Of a DNA stretch of 64,000 nt, positions 1 through 9,578 are shown piece by piece. A program made the position numbers and the translations under genes. The first letter of the stretch is position 1, and every line of letters begins with the position of its first letter. This DNA comes from Bdellovibrionaceae bacterium UBA3535 (lineage in GTDB: Bacteria; Bdellovibrionota; Bdellovibrionia; Bdellovibrionales; UBA840): contig DFOS01000024.1 of the NCBI GenBank assembly GCA_002376845.1, forward strand, positions 246,532 to 310,531, written 5' to 3'. Below the pieces are notes generated by a model. The model did not search any database, had not been told where the DNA came from, and saw only the letters and a list, made by a program, of their open reading frames with translations.

Positions 1-606
1 GAGCCAGATGTGCTTACGCTAACTTTTGAAGAGGCATTGGTTGATAAGATAAAAAAGGATTTACCCGAGCTCCCGTTAGCTACAGCCAAGCGCTTTGTTA
101 GTGATTATGGTATACCTGAATACGATGCTGTGGTTCTTACGCAAAGTAAGGCGCTGGCGCTTTACTATGAGTCGGCGATTGCAGACACAAAGAATGCCAA
201 GGCAGTATCGAATTGGATTATGACGGAACTATTGCGCGAGCTAAACGACGCTAAAAAATCCATCGAAGAAAGTCCTATTAGTGCGAAACAGTTGGCAAAA
301 ATGGTAGAGCTTGTAGATGCAGGAACTATTTCAGGCAAAATGGCAAAAGATGTTTTTGCTGAAATGTGGAAGACCTCCAAAGACCCCGAGCAAATCATCG
401 ATGAAAAAGGCATGAAGCAGGTCTCTGATGAGGATGCGCTGTTAAAAATTATTGAGGAAGTAAAAGCGGCCAATCCTAAACAGCTAGAAGAATTTAAAAG
501 TGGTAAGGATAAGCTTTTTGGCTTTTTTGTTGGTCAATGTATGAAGGCCAGCAAAGGGCAGGCCAATCCTAGCGTCTTAAATAAATTGCTAAAGGCTAAC
601 CTTTAA
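1..606 (+). CDS. gatB: Asp/Glu-tRNA amidotransferase subunit B, C-terminal part (5' end outside window)
   Basis: The frame is open from base 1. The C-terminal GatB/YqeY-type tail is present (..KLFGFFVGQCMKASKGQANP..). The stop overlaps the next start (TAATG at 604-608). Confidence 0.85.
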   Translation, partial: EPDVLTLTFEEALVDKIKKDLPELPLATAKRFVSDYGIPEYDAVVLTQSKALALYYESAIADTKNAKAVSNWIMTELLRELNDAKKSIEESPISAKQLAKMVELVDAGTISGKMAKDVFAEMWKTSKDPEQIIDEKGMKQVSDEDALLKIIEEVKAANPKQLEEFKSGKDKLFGFFVGQCMKASKGQANPSVLNKLLKANL

Positions 607-1496
607 TGCGAAAAGCGTGCATTGATATTGGCACCAACTCGGCTCTGTTATTAGTAGCGGAAAAACATGAGCAAAACTGGTCCGTGCTATATGATGACGC
701 CAAAATCATTCGACTAGGGGAAGGCATGAAGGTGTCAGACGGCGGCGCACGTTTTTTACCTGAGGCCTTGGAGCGCTTGGACCAATGTCTAGGAGACTTT
801 TGCCAAAGTATTTCTAAGTATTCCCCCGACGAAGTAAATTGTTATGCCACAGCCGCAGCTCGTAAGGCGGAGAATAAGGAAGACCTGTTGGCAATATTTT
901 CGAAGCACGACTTAAGTCTTGATATAATTACTGGTGAAAAAGAGGCGGAACTTACATATTTAGGAGCGAATTTTCAAACCAATATCGAAGATTATAGTGT
1001 GATTGATATTGGTGGCGGCTCCACGGAAATATTGTGGAAGGAAGAAAATCAATTGGTGGGCAAAAGCCTGCCTGTTGGAGCTGTTGTACTTAAGGAGAGC
1101 TTCTTTTTGGCAGATACCTATCAGGAAGCAGAGATTCGTTTGGCAAAAGACTATATTTTAAAACAATTAAACACACTACCAAAGACAGAAAGCATTCATA
1201 GATTGATTGCTGTAGCAGGCACACCAACTACGCTAGTGATGTGCGAAAAAGGCCTTAGCCAATATGAAAGAGAGAAAATACATGGAGCTGTTCTAAATCA
1301 AAAAGATATTGAAAAATGGCTGCAAAAATTCAACACCACACAAGAGGATCGTTATAAAATCGTTGGACTAGAAGCCAAGAGGGCCGATATCATATTTGCT
1401 GGCACTCTTATTCTATTAGAGACAATGCGCTACTTGAATATAGATACTGTACTTGTTTCTGTCGGTGGGCTTCGCTATGGTGGGTTGTTAAAATGA
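606..1496 (+). CDS. Ppx/GppA family phosphatase (short, ~296 aa form)
   Basis: N-terminus MRKACIDIGTNSALLLVAE and DIGGGSTE are sugar-kinase/Ppx-GppA fold motifs. The gene is translationally coupled on both sides. Confidence 0.75.
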   Translation: MRKACIDIGTNSALLLVAEKHEQNWSVLYDDAKIIRLGEGMKVSDGGARFLPEALERLDQCLGDFCQSISKYSPDEVNCYATAAARKAENKEDLLAIFSKHDLSLDIITGEKEAELTYLGANFQTNIEDYSVIDIGGGSTEILWKEENQLVGKSLPVGAVVLKESFFLADTYQEAEIRLAKDYILKQLNTLPKTESIHRLIAVAGTPTTLVMCEKGLSQYEREKIHGAVLNQKDIEKWLQKFNTTQEDRYKIVGLEAKRADIIFAGTLILLETMRYLNIDTVLVSVGGLRYGGLLK

Positions 1497-1891
1497 TGGT
1501 TTTCTTGCTCTCATTGGTATTTGCTTTTGAAACTCAAAGCATTCTGGTAAAGGACATATCTCTAAAAGTAGAGGTTGCAGATAGTGATGCTGAAAGATCA
1601 CAAGGTATGATGTATCGCAAAACCTGGGGAAATATCGACGGGATGTTGTTTGTTTTTCCGCAAGAAAGAAAATTGAGTTTTTGGATGAAGAACACTCTCC
1701 TTCCTATATCGATAGGTTTTTTCTCTGCTCAGAAAATACTGGTCGACATTCAAGATATGCAGGTTTTGGGGCCAGAGCAAAAACCTAAAAACTACGAATC
1801 CCGAGCTCCTGCCAAGTATGCCTTAGAGGTGCCAAAGGGCTGGTTTGAAAAAAATAAGGTGGGACTAGGGTCTAGATTAAAGCTGAAATAG
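1493..1891 (+). CDS. DUF192 domain protein
   Basis: Pattern SQGMMYR...GMLFVFP...FWMKNTLLPISIGFF...YALEV is typical of DUF192. ATGA overlap with the upstream gene. Confidence 0.7.
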   Translation: MMVFLLSLVFAFETQSILVKDISLKVEVADSDAERSQGMMYRKTWGNIDGMLFVFPQERKLSFWMKNTLLPISIGFFSAQKILVDIQDMQVLGPEQKPKNYESRAPAKYALEVPKGWFEKNKVGLGSRLKLK

Positions 1892-2011
1892 AAGCCTAAC
1901 CCTACTTAAGCCCTATTTCTATTGTCCAATATCCAACAAAATGATTTTTCTTTCAAAATACGTATGCTTAAATGAATTTAGATAGATATTTAGCACCAAA
2001 GGATTGGGCCT

Positions 2012-3442
2012 ATGAAACAGCTATTGAAATTACTTCTCATATTATCGTTTTTTTCTATAACGTTTATTTCCTGCTCTTCTAATCAGAGCGAAGAAAGTGG
2101 TGATGTTACTGCCGCTGAGGGTTTAGAGGAAGGAGATGAGTTCGCAGATGACTTCGGAGATGAATTCGATGCGGAGCTTGATGGCGAATTGGATGCCGGG
2201 GGCTCAGATGAATTAGGCTCTGACGATTTTGGTAGCGATGAATTTGCTGAAGATGATTTTGGTAGTGAAGATGAGTTTGCCATTGATGATGGTGAGGACG
2301 ATTTCTTTGATGATGATTTTAGCGAAGATGTTGGTGATAGCGGCGATGCCATGGCCGATACAGGGACAATGGACGATGGCGGAGATGATTTCTTTGCAGA
2401 AGATAGTACAAGCGATTCCTTTGCCGATAGCGGCTCGCTAGAGGAAGAGGCTCCTTTAGTAGAAGATAGCGGTACAGCCATGGAAGATTCTGGGGACAGT
2501 TTTGCAGATGATAGTTTTGCTGACTCTAGCGCTAGTTTTGATGATAGTTTTACAGAAGTGGACAGTGGCTTTAGTGATAGCTCCATGGCGGATAGCTCTT
2601 ATGAAGAAGTGCAAGAAGAGCCTGTGCGCAAGTGGATTCCAGTAAAGAAGATGGCAACAACCCCCTTTAATAAAGGCGGTCAGTTGTTAAATACGATTTA
2701 TATCATTCGTGATGGCGATACCCTAGAATCAGTAAGCCAAAAAATATATGGAAGTGATCGTACAGCGGATATATTGGCAGCTAATCCGCATTTAAATCGC
2801 AGCTTTAGCGTTGGGGATAAGATTTATTACAATTCTCCCAACCGTCCAAATGATAGCAATCAGATCATTACCTATTATGAAGATGTAGGAGCGCAGCCGC
2901 AAACCTACGTATCTCAGGATGGTGATAACATTCGGGCTGTAGCACAAAGTCTGCTTGGACATCCAGAGTCGTGGAAAGAGGTTTGGGCTACGAATATGAA
3001 TGTAGAATCAAAGGGAGTGATTCCTGGTGGTTTGGAGCTGCGCTATTATCCTGAGGGAATGCCAGCACCATCGCAGGCGGTTGCCTCAAATGATATGCCG
3101 CCTCCGCCAGAAATGGAAGAGCCGGCCATGGCAGAACCAGAGATGGCAGACATTCCACCGCCACCACCTGCACCGGATATGGAAGAGCCTCAAGTGGCAG
3201 CAGGAACTGTGCAGCCTCCAGTGGTAGAACCACCACCCCCACCTCCGCCACCTGCTGTAGCACCACCACCTCCGCCTCCACCTCCGCAACAGGCCAAGGT
3301 TACGAAAAAAGGCATGGGTGGATTGAGCAACATGAAAGTGATAGCTTTAGGTATAGTACTGATTTGTGGATCCTTGCTATTCTTCATTTGGAAGAGAAAG
3401 CAAAATAGAAGTTCCATTAATATGGGTGAGACTCAGATCTAA
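2012..3442 (+). CDS. LysM-domain envelope protein with acidic repeats, proline-rich tract and C-terminal TM helix
   Basis: Lipobox-like signal (..ITFISCSS). About 170 aa of D/E/F/S repeats. LysM-like block (YIIRDGDTLESVSQKIYGSDRTADILAANP). P-runs (PPPPPPPPAVAPPPPPPPP). C-terminal hydrophobic helix (VIALGIVLICGSLLFFIW). Confidence 0.7.
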   Translation: MKQLLKLLLILSFFSITFISCSSNQSEESGDVTAAEGLEEGDEFADDFGDEFDAELDGELDAGGSDELGSDDFGSDEFAEDDFGSEDEFAIDDGEDDFFDDDFSEDVGDSGDAMADTGTMDDGGDDFFAEDSTSDSFADSGSLEEEAPLVEDSGTAMEDSGDSFADDSFADSSASFDDSFTEVDSGFSDSSMADSSYEEVQEEPVRKWIPVKKMATTPFNKGGQLLNTIYIIRDGDTLESVSQKIYGSDRTADILAANPHLNRSFSVGDKIYYNSPNRPNDSNQIITYYEDVGAQPQTYVSQDGDNIRAVAQSLLGHPESWKEVWATNMNVESKGVIPGGLELRYYPEGMPAPSQAVASNDMPPPPEMEEPAMAEPEMADIPPPPPAPDMEEPQVAAGTVQPPVVEPPPPPPPPAVAPPPPPPPPQQAKVTKKGMGGLSNMKVIALGIVLICGSLLFFIWKRKQNRSSINMGETQI

Positions 3443-3470
3443 AGTCTAGTTGGTAATAAACAGGAACAAG

Positions 3471-3496
3471 CCCCATTATTTTAATGGGGTTTTTTT
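3471..3496 (+). terminator. Rho-independent terminator after the LysM gene
   Basis: Stem CCCCATT/AATGGGG (3471-3477 / 3483-3489) followed by T7 (3490-3496). Confidence 0.7.
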
Positions 3497-3869
3497 ATGT
3501 GAGTTTTTCAAAGATATCGTTCAAAACGGCTCGTCGATCTTGGCGAGTCTCCTCAATAAAGTACATAAGATCATCGACAATTTGCACATCGCGGTTATTG
3601 CAATGATAAAACTGTACGCCAGCACCATATTGGTTCTTCCACACGATTTTTGCCGTTAAATTGCGCTCTCGCGAGCCAACCTTGAAGCGTAGGTTGATTT
3701 TTTCAGATAGATCTAGTCCATCGGTGGTGGTTTTTAAGAAGGCACCGCTTAAGCTAATATTCAAAAGCTGCCCTTGGATCTCGCGGCGACCATAAGTCTT
3801 ACGAAAATCAACGCCCACATTTAAGGGAATGCGCTTAGCAGGCTTGATATCAGAGCTTAGAGTTTTCAT
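3495..3869 (-). CDS. PilZ domain protein (c-di-GMP receptor)
   Basis: RKTYGRR...NISLSGAF matches the PilZ RxxxR / (D/N)xSxxG motifs. I prefer the start at MKTLSS (3869), which is preceded by GGAGG. The longest ORF reaches 3881. Confidence 0.7.
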   Translation of the reverse strand: MKTLSSDIKPAKRIPLNVGVDFRKTYGRREIQGQLLNISLSGAFLKTTTDGLDLSEKINLRFKVGSRERNLTAKIVWKNQYGAGVQFYHCNNRDVQIVDDLMYFIEETRQDRRAVLNDIFEKLT

Positions 3870-3961
3870 TGCTACCTCCATCCCTATTATCGGCCAAAAA
3901 TCAGAAAATTAAAAATTTCTTTAAAATTATTAATAACTTAGACCATTTTCCTGTGTCCCTT

Positions 3962-3975
3962 TGATACATGTATCA
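3962..3975. promoter_or_regulatory. Perfect 14-bp palindrome TGATACATGTATCA in the pilZ/rho divergent intergenic region
   Basis: Read directly from the sequence; the element is its own reverse complement. Operator-like. The binding factor is unknown. Confidence 0.3.
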
Positions 3976-4110
3976 TATTGCTACGGCAAAGATTTTCAGT
4001 TGACTTATCGGGCAGTGCAGTCGATAAAAGGTACACCTACTAATAGTTCTTAGTACTTCACAATATTCAAGACAGGGTTCCAATCTATTTCTATAATCAA
4101 GGAGTATTTA

Positions 4111-5637
4111 GTGTCGGAAGATACCCAACAAGAAGAAAAATCCAGCAAAACTCGTCCACGTAAAAAGGCTGTCGATCAAGAGTCTCGCTCTGACAATGAT
4201 AGCTCCGAGAGATCTCCCAGAGAGCACAAGCAAAAGCGCCGCTACGGCAAAAATAGTGGGTCTCAAGGAGGGCGTAATCGCAACAACAACTCCCGTAGAG
4301 ATTTAACCTCCAACATTGAGCAAAATGACTATTCTCCGCAAGAAATCGATGAGGACTTACAGGTGGAGTTAACCGAGGAAGAGAAAAAAGACCTCAGCTC
4401 AAAACATTTAAAGTCAAAAAACATTCAAGAGTTGGCAGATTTGGCGACAAAATTAGGTGTGGAAAATGCAGCCGGCTTAAGAAGACAAGATTTGGTATTT
4501 GAAATTTTAAGACGGGCAGCTAGGTTTGGCGATATATATGGAAGTGGATGTTTGGAAATCCTTCCGGATGGTTACGGATTTTTACGCTCTCCCGATTATA
4601 ACTACCTACCAGGACCAGATGATATTTATGTAAGCCCTTCGCAGATTCGCCGCATGGGCCTGCGCACAGGTGACTACGTAACGGGTACCATTCGCCCTCC
4701 TAAAGATGGCGAGCGCTATTTTGCTTTGCTAAAAATCGAGAGTCTTAACTATGAAGAACCAACAAAAAATAAAGAAAAGATTCTTTTTGATAACCTGACC
4801 CCTCTATATCCAGAGGAAAAACTAAATCTTGAGAACGAGCCCAATAACTACACCACGCGTGTGATAGATTTAATGGTTCCATTGGGTAAGGGGCAGCGTG
4901 CACTGATTGTGGCTCCTCCTAGAACAGGTAAAACAGTATTGATGCAAAATATCGCGAATGCGATTTCTAAAAATCATCCAGAGGTACAATTAATTGTATT
5001 ATTAATAGATGAGCGCCCAGAAGAAGTTACTGATATGGCGCGTACAGTAAAAGGCGAGGTAGTCTCTTCTACTTTTGATGAGCCGCCTACTCGTCACGTA
5101 CAAGTGGCGGAGATGGTTTTAGAAAAAGCCAAGCGTTTGGTGGAGCATAAACACGATGTGGTCATTCTATTGGACTCCATTACGCGTTTGGCGCGTGCTT
5201 ATAACACAGTTGTGCCGCCATCTGGCAAAATACTTTCAGGTGGTGTGGATTCCAATGCTCTTCATAGACCGAAGCGGTTTTTTGGTGCTGCCAGAAATAT
5301 CGAAGAAGGCGGTAGTTTGACCATCATATCCACCGCCCTTGTGGACACGGGCTCACGCATGGATGAGGTAATTTTTGAGGAGTTCAAAGGAACGGGTAAC
5401 GCCGAAATTCATCTAGACCGCAAGCTCATGGAAAAACGTATCTTCCCTTGTTTGGACATCAATAAGTCTGGCACTCGTAAAGAGGATCTCTTAATTGATA
5501 GCGCTGATTTGAATCGTATATGGATTCTGCGCAAAGTACTGGCGCCTATGAATGTGGTGGACTCCATGGAGTTTGTTCTTGATAAGATGTCTTCAAGCAA
5601 GACAAACGCCGAATTCATTAAGCAGATGAGCGGCTAA
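4111..5637 (+). CDS. rho: Transcription termination factor Rho with ~90-aa basic/polar N-terminal extension
   Basis: GTG start 7 nt after AAGGAG. Walker A PPRTGKT. The Rho core is conserved to the C-terminus. The first ~95 aa are R/K/S/N/Q/E-rich. Confidence 0.93.
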   Translation: MSEDTQQEEKSSKTRPRKKAVDQESRSDNDSSERSPREHKQKRRYGKNSGSQGGRNRNNNSRRDLTSNIEQNDYSPQEIDEDLQVELTEEEKKDLSSKHLKSKNIQELADLATKLGVENAAGLRRQDLVFEILRRAARFGDIYGSGCLEILPDGYGFLRSPDYNYLPGPDDIYVSPSQIRRMGLRTGDYVTGTIRPPKDGERYFALLKIESLNYEEPTKNKEKILFDNLTPLYPEEKLNLENEPNNYTTRVIDLMVPLGKGQRALIVAPPRTGKTVLMQNIANAISKNHPEVQLIVLLIDERPEEVTDMARTVKGEVVSSTFDEPPTRHVQVAEMVLEKAKRLVEHKHDVVILLDSITRLARAYNTVVPPSGKILSGGVDSNALHRPKRFFGAARNIEEGGSLTIISTALVDTGSRMDEVIFEEFKGTGNAEIHLDRKLMEKRIFPCLDINKSGTRKEDLLIDSADLNRIWILRKVLAPMNVVDSMEFVLDKMSSSKTNAEFIKQMSG

Positions 5638-5748
5638 GTATTTGAAATGATTACAAGATGCTACATGAACCGGCTTGAAAATAGGCATTTTTCTGCTCGA
5701 CAAGACTTTCTGGTTTATGTTATCAAAGCCATCTAATTGAGGTGATAT

Positions 5749-5964
5749 ATGAAAGCGGAAATTCATCCTAAATATTATGCTGATTGCAAGGTAACTTGTG
5801 TTTGTGGCAATAAATTTGAAACAGGAGCAACCGTTCCAGAAATTAAAGTGGAGATTTGCTCAGATTGCCATCCTTTTTACACGGGTAAGCAAAAGCTGCT
5901 AGATACCGAAGGTCGTGTGGAGCGTTTCAACAAGCGTTACAAAAACTTTCAATTTCGTAAGTAG
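5749..5964 (+). CDS. rpmE: 50S ribosomal protein L31 (Cys-containing, Zn-type)
   Basis: [10 protein letters not shown]...CVCGN...[13 protein letters not shown]. Confidence 0.93.
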   Translation: MKAEIHPKYYADCKVTCVCGNKFETGATVPEIKVEICSDCHPFYTGKQKLLDTEGRVERFNKRYKNFQFRK

Positions 5965-5986
5965 CCAATTCAATTTGTTTCTTTAG

Positions 5987-6018
5987 GCAGGTCTAAGTAT
6001 ACTTAGACCTGCTTTTTT
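5987..6018 (+). terminator. Rho-independent terminator after rpmE
   Basis: GCAGGTCTAAGT / ACTTAGACCTGC 12-bp stem followed by T6. Confidence 0.8.
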
Positions 6019-6033
6019 ATTTCTAGAGGTAAT

Positions 6034-7107
6034 ATGTTTAAACAACTTGAAGGAGTGGAGTCTCGTTTTGAAGAGTTAAACATACGCTTGCAAGACCCAG
6101 AGGTTACATCGAATCAACAAAAATATCGTGAACTCATGAAAGAGTACTCTGATTTAAAAGAAGTGGTAGATGTTTACCGAAAATACAAACAACATTGCCA
6201 AAACCTTGCTGGAAACAAAGAAATTCTAGAAAAAGAAAAAGACCCTGAGCTTCGTGAAATGGCAAAAGAGGAGCTTGGAGACCTAGAAGAGAAAATTACG
6301 GATCTAGAAAAAGATTTGAAAGTACTGTTGTTGCCCAAAGATCCAAATGATGAAAGAAATTGTATTGTAGAAATTCGCGCAGGCGCTGGTGGTGATGAAG
6401 CGTCCTTATTTGCACAAGAATTATTTGAGGCCTACTGTCACTATGCAAAAAGCTTTGGTTGGAAAATAGAAATACTTTCTATCTCCCAGGGCAATGTAGG
6501 TGGTTATAAAGAAGTATGTGCGATGATAAGCGGAGATAAGGTTTACTCCCGTTTGAAATTCGAAAGTGGTGTACACCGTGTACAGCGAGTACCTAAAACA
6601 GAGACTCAAGGGCGCGTGCATACTTCAACAATTACAGTTGCCGTTCTGCCAGAGGCTGACGAAGTCGATGTTGATGTGAATCCGGCCGATGTTCGTGTGG
6701 ATGTTTACCGTGCCAGTGGAGCTGGTGGGCAACATGTAAATACGACCGACTCCGCTGTGAGGCTTACGCACATACCAACAGGTATTGTGGTAAGTTGCCA
6801 AGATGAGAAATCGCAACATAAAAACAAAGCAAAAGCATTTAAGGTCTTGTACGCACGAATTTTGCAAGCACTACAGGAAGAGCAGGTGCAAGAGGCTTCC
6901 GATGCACGATTAACTCAAATAGGTACAGGGGATCGCTCAGAAAGAATTCGTACTTACAATTTCCCCCAAACACGCGTAACGGATCACCGCATTGGCTACA
7001 CAACACACGCGTTAAATGAAATTATGCAAGGGGATATGTCAATTATCGTTGAGCCTGTTATCGCCCACTTTCAGGCAGAAGCCTTAAAAGCTCAGGGACA
7101 AGTATGA
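6034..7107 (+). CDS. prfA: Peptide chain release factor 1
   Basis: GGQ motif (SGAGGQHVNTT) and RF1-type tripeptide region (RVPKTETQGRVHTS). Confidence 0.93.
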   Translation: MFKQLEGVESRFEELNIRLQDPEVTSNQQKYRELMKEYSDLKEVVDVYRKYKQHCQNLAGNKEILEKEKDPELREMAKEELGDLEEKITDLEKDLKVLLLPKDPNDERNCIVEIRAGAGGDEASLFAQELFEAYCHYAKSFGWKIEILSISQGNVGGYKEVCAMISGDKVYSRLKFESGVHRVQRVPKTETQGRVHTSTITVAVLPEADEVDVDVNPADVRVDVYRASGAGGQHVNTTDSAVRLTHIPTGIVVSCQDEKSQHKNKAKAFKVLYARILQALQEEQVQEASDARLTQIGTGDRSERIRTYNFPQTRVTDHRIGYTTHALNEIMQGDMSIIVEPVIAHFQAEALKAQGQV

Positions 7108-7961
7108 TTTTAAAAGAGGTACATGAAAAAAGTATCCAGCATTTTCAAAAAATAGGTATTCCCAGCGCAAGATTGGATGCAGATCTTTTATTGGCTCATG
7201 CCCTGGATTGTGAGCGCATTGATTTGTACACACGTTTTGATTCTCCATTAAATGAAAATGAGATTCAAAAGTGCCGAGAGCTAATTCGTAGGCGAAGTAA
7301 AAAAGAGCCCATTGCCTATATTCTTGGTAGCAAGTCTTTTTTCAAGTCAGAATTTCTAGTAGAACCAGGAGTATTAATACCTAGGCCAGAAACAGAGCTG
7401 ATGGTGGAAAAAGCCCTGGAACTTGTTGATAAAGACGAGGAATATTGCATTGTCGATTTAGGCTGCGGAAGTGGCTGTATAGGGCTAAGCTTATTACAAG
7501 AATTGGCTTCGGCAAGTTTGATTGCCGTGGATCTATCAGAAAAGGCTTTGGAAATCACAAGAAAAAATGCAGAGCGTTTGGATTTATTAGATCGTGTGGA
7601 TTGCCGACAAATGGATCTCTATGAAGAGAGCCTAAATCTAGATTCAGCAAAAAAACATATCGTAGTTATGAATCCGCCTTATATAGCAAAGGATGATAAG
7701 CATATTACAGAAGATGTTTTAGACTTTGAGCCTAATGAGGCTTTGTTTGCCCCGGAACAGGGCTTGGCAGCCTACAAAACGTGGCTTGCCAATATCCAGC
7801 CACAAATACAAAAAGATGATTTTTTGCTAGCAGAATATGGTTGGCAACAAAAAGATCAGCTAAGACAAATATTAGATGCGCAAGGCTGGAAAGAAATTCA
7901 TTTCTTTAAAGATTTAGCTGAGCACGATCGCTACTTTTTAGTAAGGAATCAAGATGGATAA
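7104..7961 (+). CDS. prmC: Release factor glutamine N5-methyltransferase
   Basis: SAM motif VDLGCGSG and NPPY motif. ATGA overlap with prfA. Confidence 0.88.
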   Translation: MILKEVHEKSIQHFQKIGIPSARLDADLLLAHALDCERIDLYTRFDSPLNENEIQKCRELIRRRSKKEPIAYILGSKSFFKSEFLVEPGVLIPRPETELMVEKALELVDKDEEYCIVDLGCGSGCIGLSLLQELASASLIAVDLSEKALEITRKNAERLDLLDRVDCRQMDLYEESLNLDSAKKHIVVMNPPYIAKDDKHITEDVLDFEPNEALFAPEQGLAAYKTWLANIQPQIQKDDFLLAEYGWQQKDQLRQILDAQGWKEIHFFKDLAEHDRYFLVRNQDG

Positions 7962-9213
7962 GATGATTATAAAAGGCGGAAAGGCCTTGAATGGAAATGT
8001 ACAAGTTAGTGGGGCTAAAAATTCTGTATTACCATTATTATTCTCGACCCTATTAGCAGAAGGAGAGCATTGTTTTTATAATGTACCGAAATTATCTGAT
8101 GTATACTCCGCGATTAAGTTGCTAGAAGCCTTTGGCGTGGAAACAGAATGGAAAGACGATGCTTTGTTAATTCGTGTTGGACCACTTAAAGCGGTAGAAG
8201 CCCACTATGACATTGTCAGAAAGATGCGTGCTAGCATCTTGTGTATGGGGCCGCTACTAGCTAGAACCGGCGAAGCAAGTGTTAGCTTGCCTGGTGGATG
8301 TGCCATAGGATCTAGGCCGATAGATTTGCACCTAGAGGCCTTTCAGCAAATGGGTGCCGAGCTTGAAAACCAAAGTGGTTATGTAAAGGCGAAGGCAAAA
8401 CCTTTAAAGGGTGCGCAAATTCTATTTGATATAACCACTGTTGGTGGAACCGAAAATGTATTGATGGCAGCCGCACTTGCCGAGGGAACAAGCGTTTTAG
8501 AAAATGCTGCTAAGGAGCCAGAGATAGTGGACTTGGCAAACTATTTAAATAAAATGGGTGCCAATATTAAGGGTGCTGGTAGCTCCATTATTACTGTGGA
8601 AGGAGTCAAACAGCTTAAGGCAAATGAGCACCATGTTATTCCAGATAGAATCGAGGCGGGAACCTTATTAATTGCTGGGGCAATTAGTGGGGGACAAGTA
8701 AAGGTAGAAAAATGTCGCCCAAAAGATATCGAAACCCTCATTTTAAAACTTCGAGAAGCTGGGTTTAAGTTGAATGAGGGTGAAGACTGGGTAGAAATTT
8801 TCCCACAAAAATCCTGGCGCGCTGTGGATGTGACCACAGCGGCTCACCCGGGGTTTGCTACGGACTTGCAGGCCCAATTTATGGCTCTAATGACATTGGC
8901 TGAGGGCACCTCCGTAATAAGCGAAACCATTTTTGAAAATCGTTTTATGCATGTTCAAGAATTGGTGCGAATGGGCGCAAATATTATACCCAAAACACGA
9001 GTTGCAGTGGTGCGAGGCAAGGCTGGGTGCTTGAAGGGCGCGCCAGTCATGGCAACTGACCTTAGGGCTAGCGCCTCTCTTATCCTAGCAGCGCTGGCAG
9101 CTGAGGGAACAACGGAAGTCCTAAGGATTTACCATTTAGATCGGGGCTATGAAAAACTAGAAGAAAAGCTAGCCCGCTTAGGAGCAAAGATCGAGCGCGC
9201 AAAAGAATCCTAG
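7954..9213 (+). CDS. murA: UDP-N-acetylglucosamine 1-carboxyvinyltransferase
   Basis: Full-length MurA with the active-site loop [15 protein letters not shown]. Confidence 0.93.
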   Translation: MDKMIIKGGKALNGNVQVSGAKNSVLPLLFSTLLAEGEHCFYNVPKLSDVYSAIKLLEAFGVETEWKDDALLIRVGPLKAVEAHYDIVRKMRASILCMGPLLARTGEASVSLPGGCAIGSRPIDLHLEAFQQMGAELENQSGYVKAKAKPLKGAQILFDITTVGGTENVLMAAALAEGTSVLENAAKEPEIVDLANYLNKMGANIKGAGSSIITVEGVKQLKANEHHVIPDRIEAGTLLIAGAISGGQVKVEKCRPKDIETLILKLREAGFKLNEGEDWVEIFPQKSWRAVDVTTAAHPGFATDLQAQFMALMTLAEGTSVISETIFENRFMHVQELVRMGANIIPKTRVAVVRGKAGCLKGAPVMATDLRASASLILAALAAEGTTEVLRIYHLDRGYEKLEEKLARLGAKIERAKES

Positions 9214-9245
9214 ACCCTAGGCTTTGTAGTTTCTATAATGAAGCT

Positions 9246-9578
9246 ATGACATGCATTTTTTGTAAAATTATTCAAAAAGAGATTCCTGCAAGCATTGTTT
9301 TTGAAAATGAAAATGTATTGGCTTTTAAAGATATTTCTCCAAAGGCTAAGACACATTTATTATTTATTCCCAAACAACATATTGAACGTTTGGACGACAT
9401 AAACAATGAGAACGAAGAAATTATTGCGCAGCTGTATTCGGCAATCATTGAGTTTGCAAAGAAAAATGATTTTATCGAGTCAGGCTACCAATGCAAAATT
9501 CATGTTGGCGCTGGTGGAGGGCAAGAGGTCTTTCACTTGCATATACACTTTTTATCACAAAAAGCTCTAAATGGTTGA
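9246..9578 (+). CDS. HIT family (histidine triad) protein
   Basis: C-terminal HLHIHF histidine triad; ~110 aa. Confidence 0.85.
   Translation: MTCIFCKIIQKEIPASIVFENENVLAFKDISPKAKTHLLFIPKQHIERLDDINNENEEIIAQLYSAIIEFAKKNDFIESGYQCKIHVGAGGGQEVFHLHIHFLSQKALNG

Noticed and set aside
165-473. Antisense ORFs inside well-supported genes (e.g. 165..473, 8541..8837, 25682..26011, 56630..57046)
   Set aside because: Each lies entirely within a longer ORF on the opposite strand that has clear family motifs. They have Ser/Leu/Ala-biased composition typical of antisense frames.
2083-3417. Several long antisense or alternate-frame ORFs inside the LysM gene (e.g. 2083..2586, 2988..3281, 3190..3417 with poly-Gly)
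   Set aside because: They are artefacts of the stop-poor acidic-repeat and poly-proline (CCN/GGN) coding sequence. The plus-strand frame has the signal peptide, the LysM block and the TM helix.
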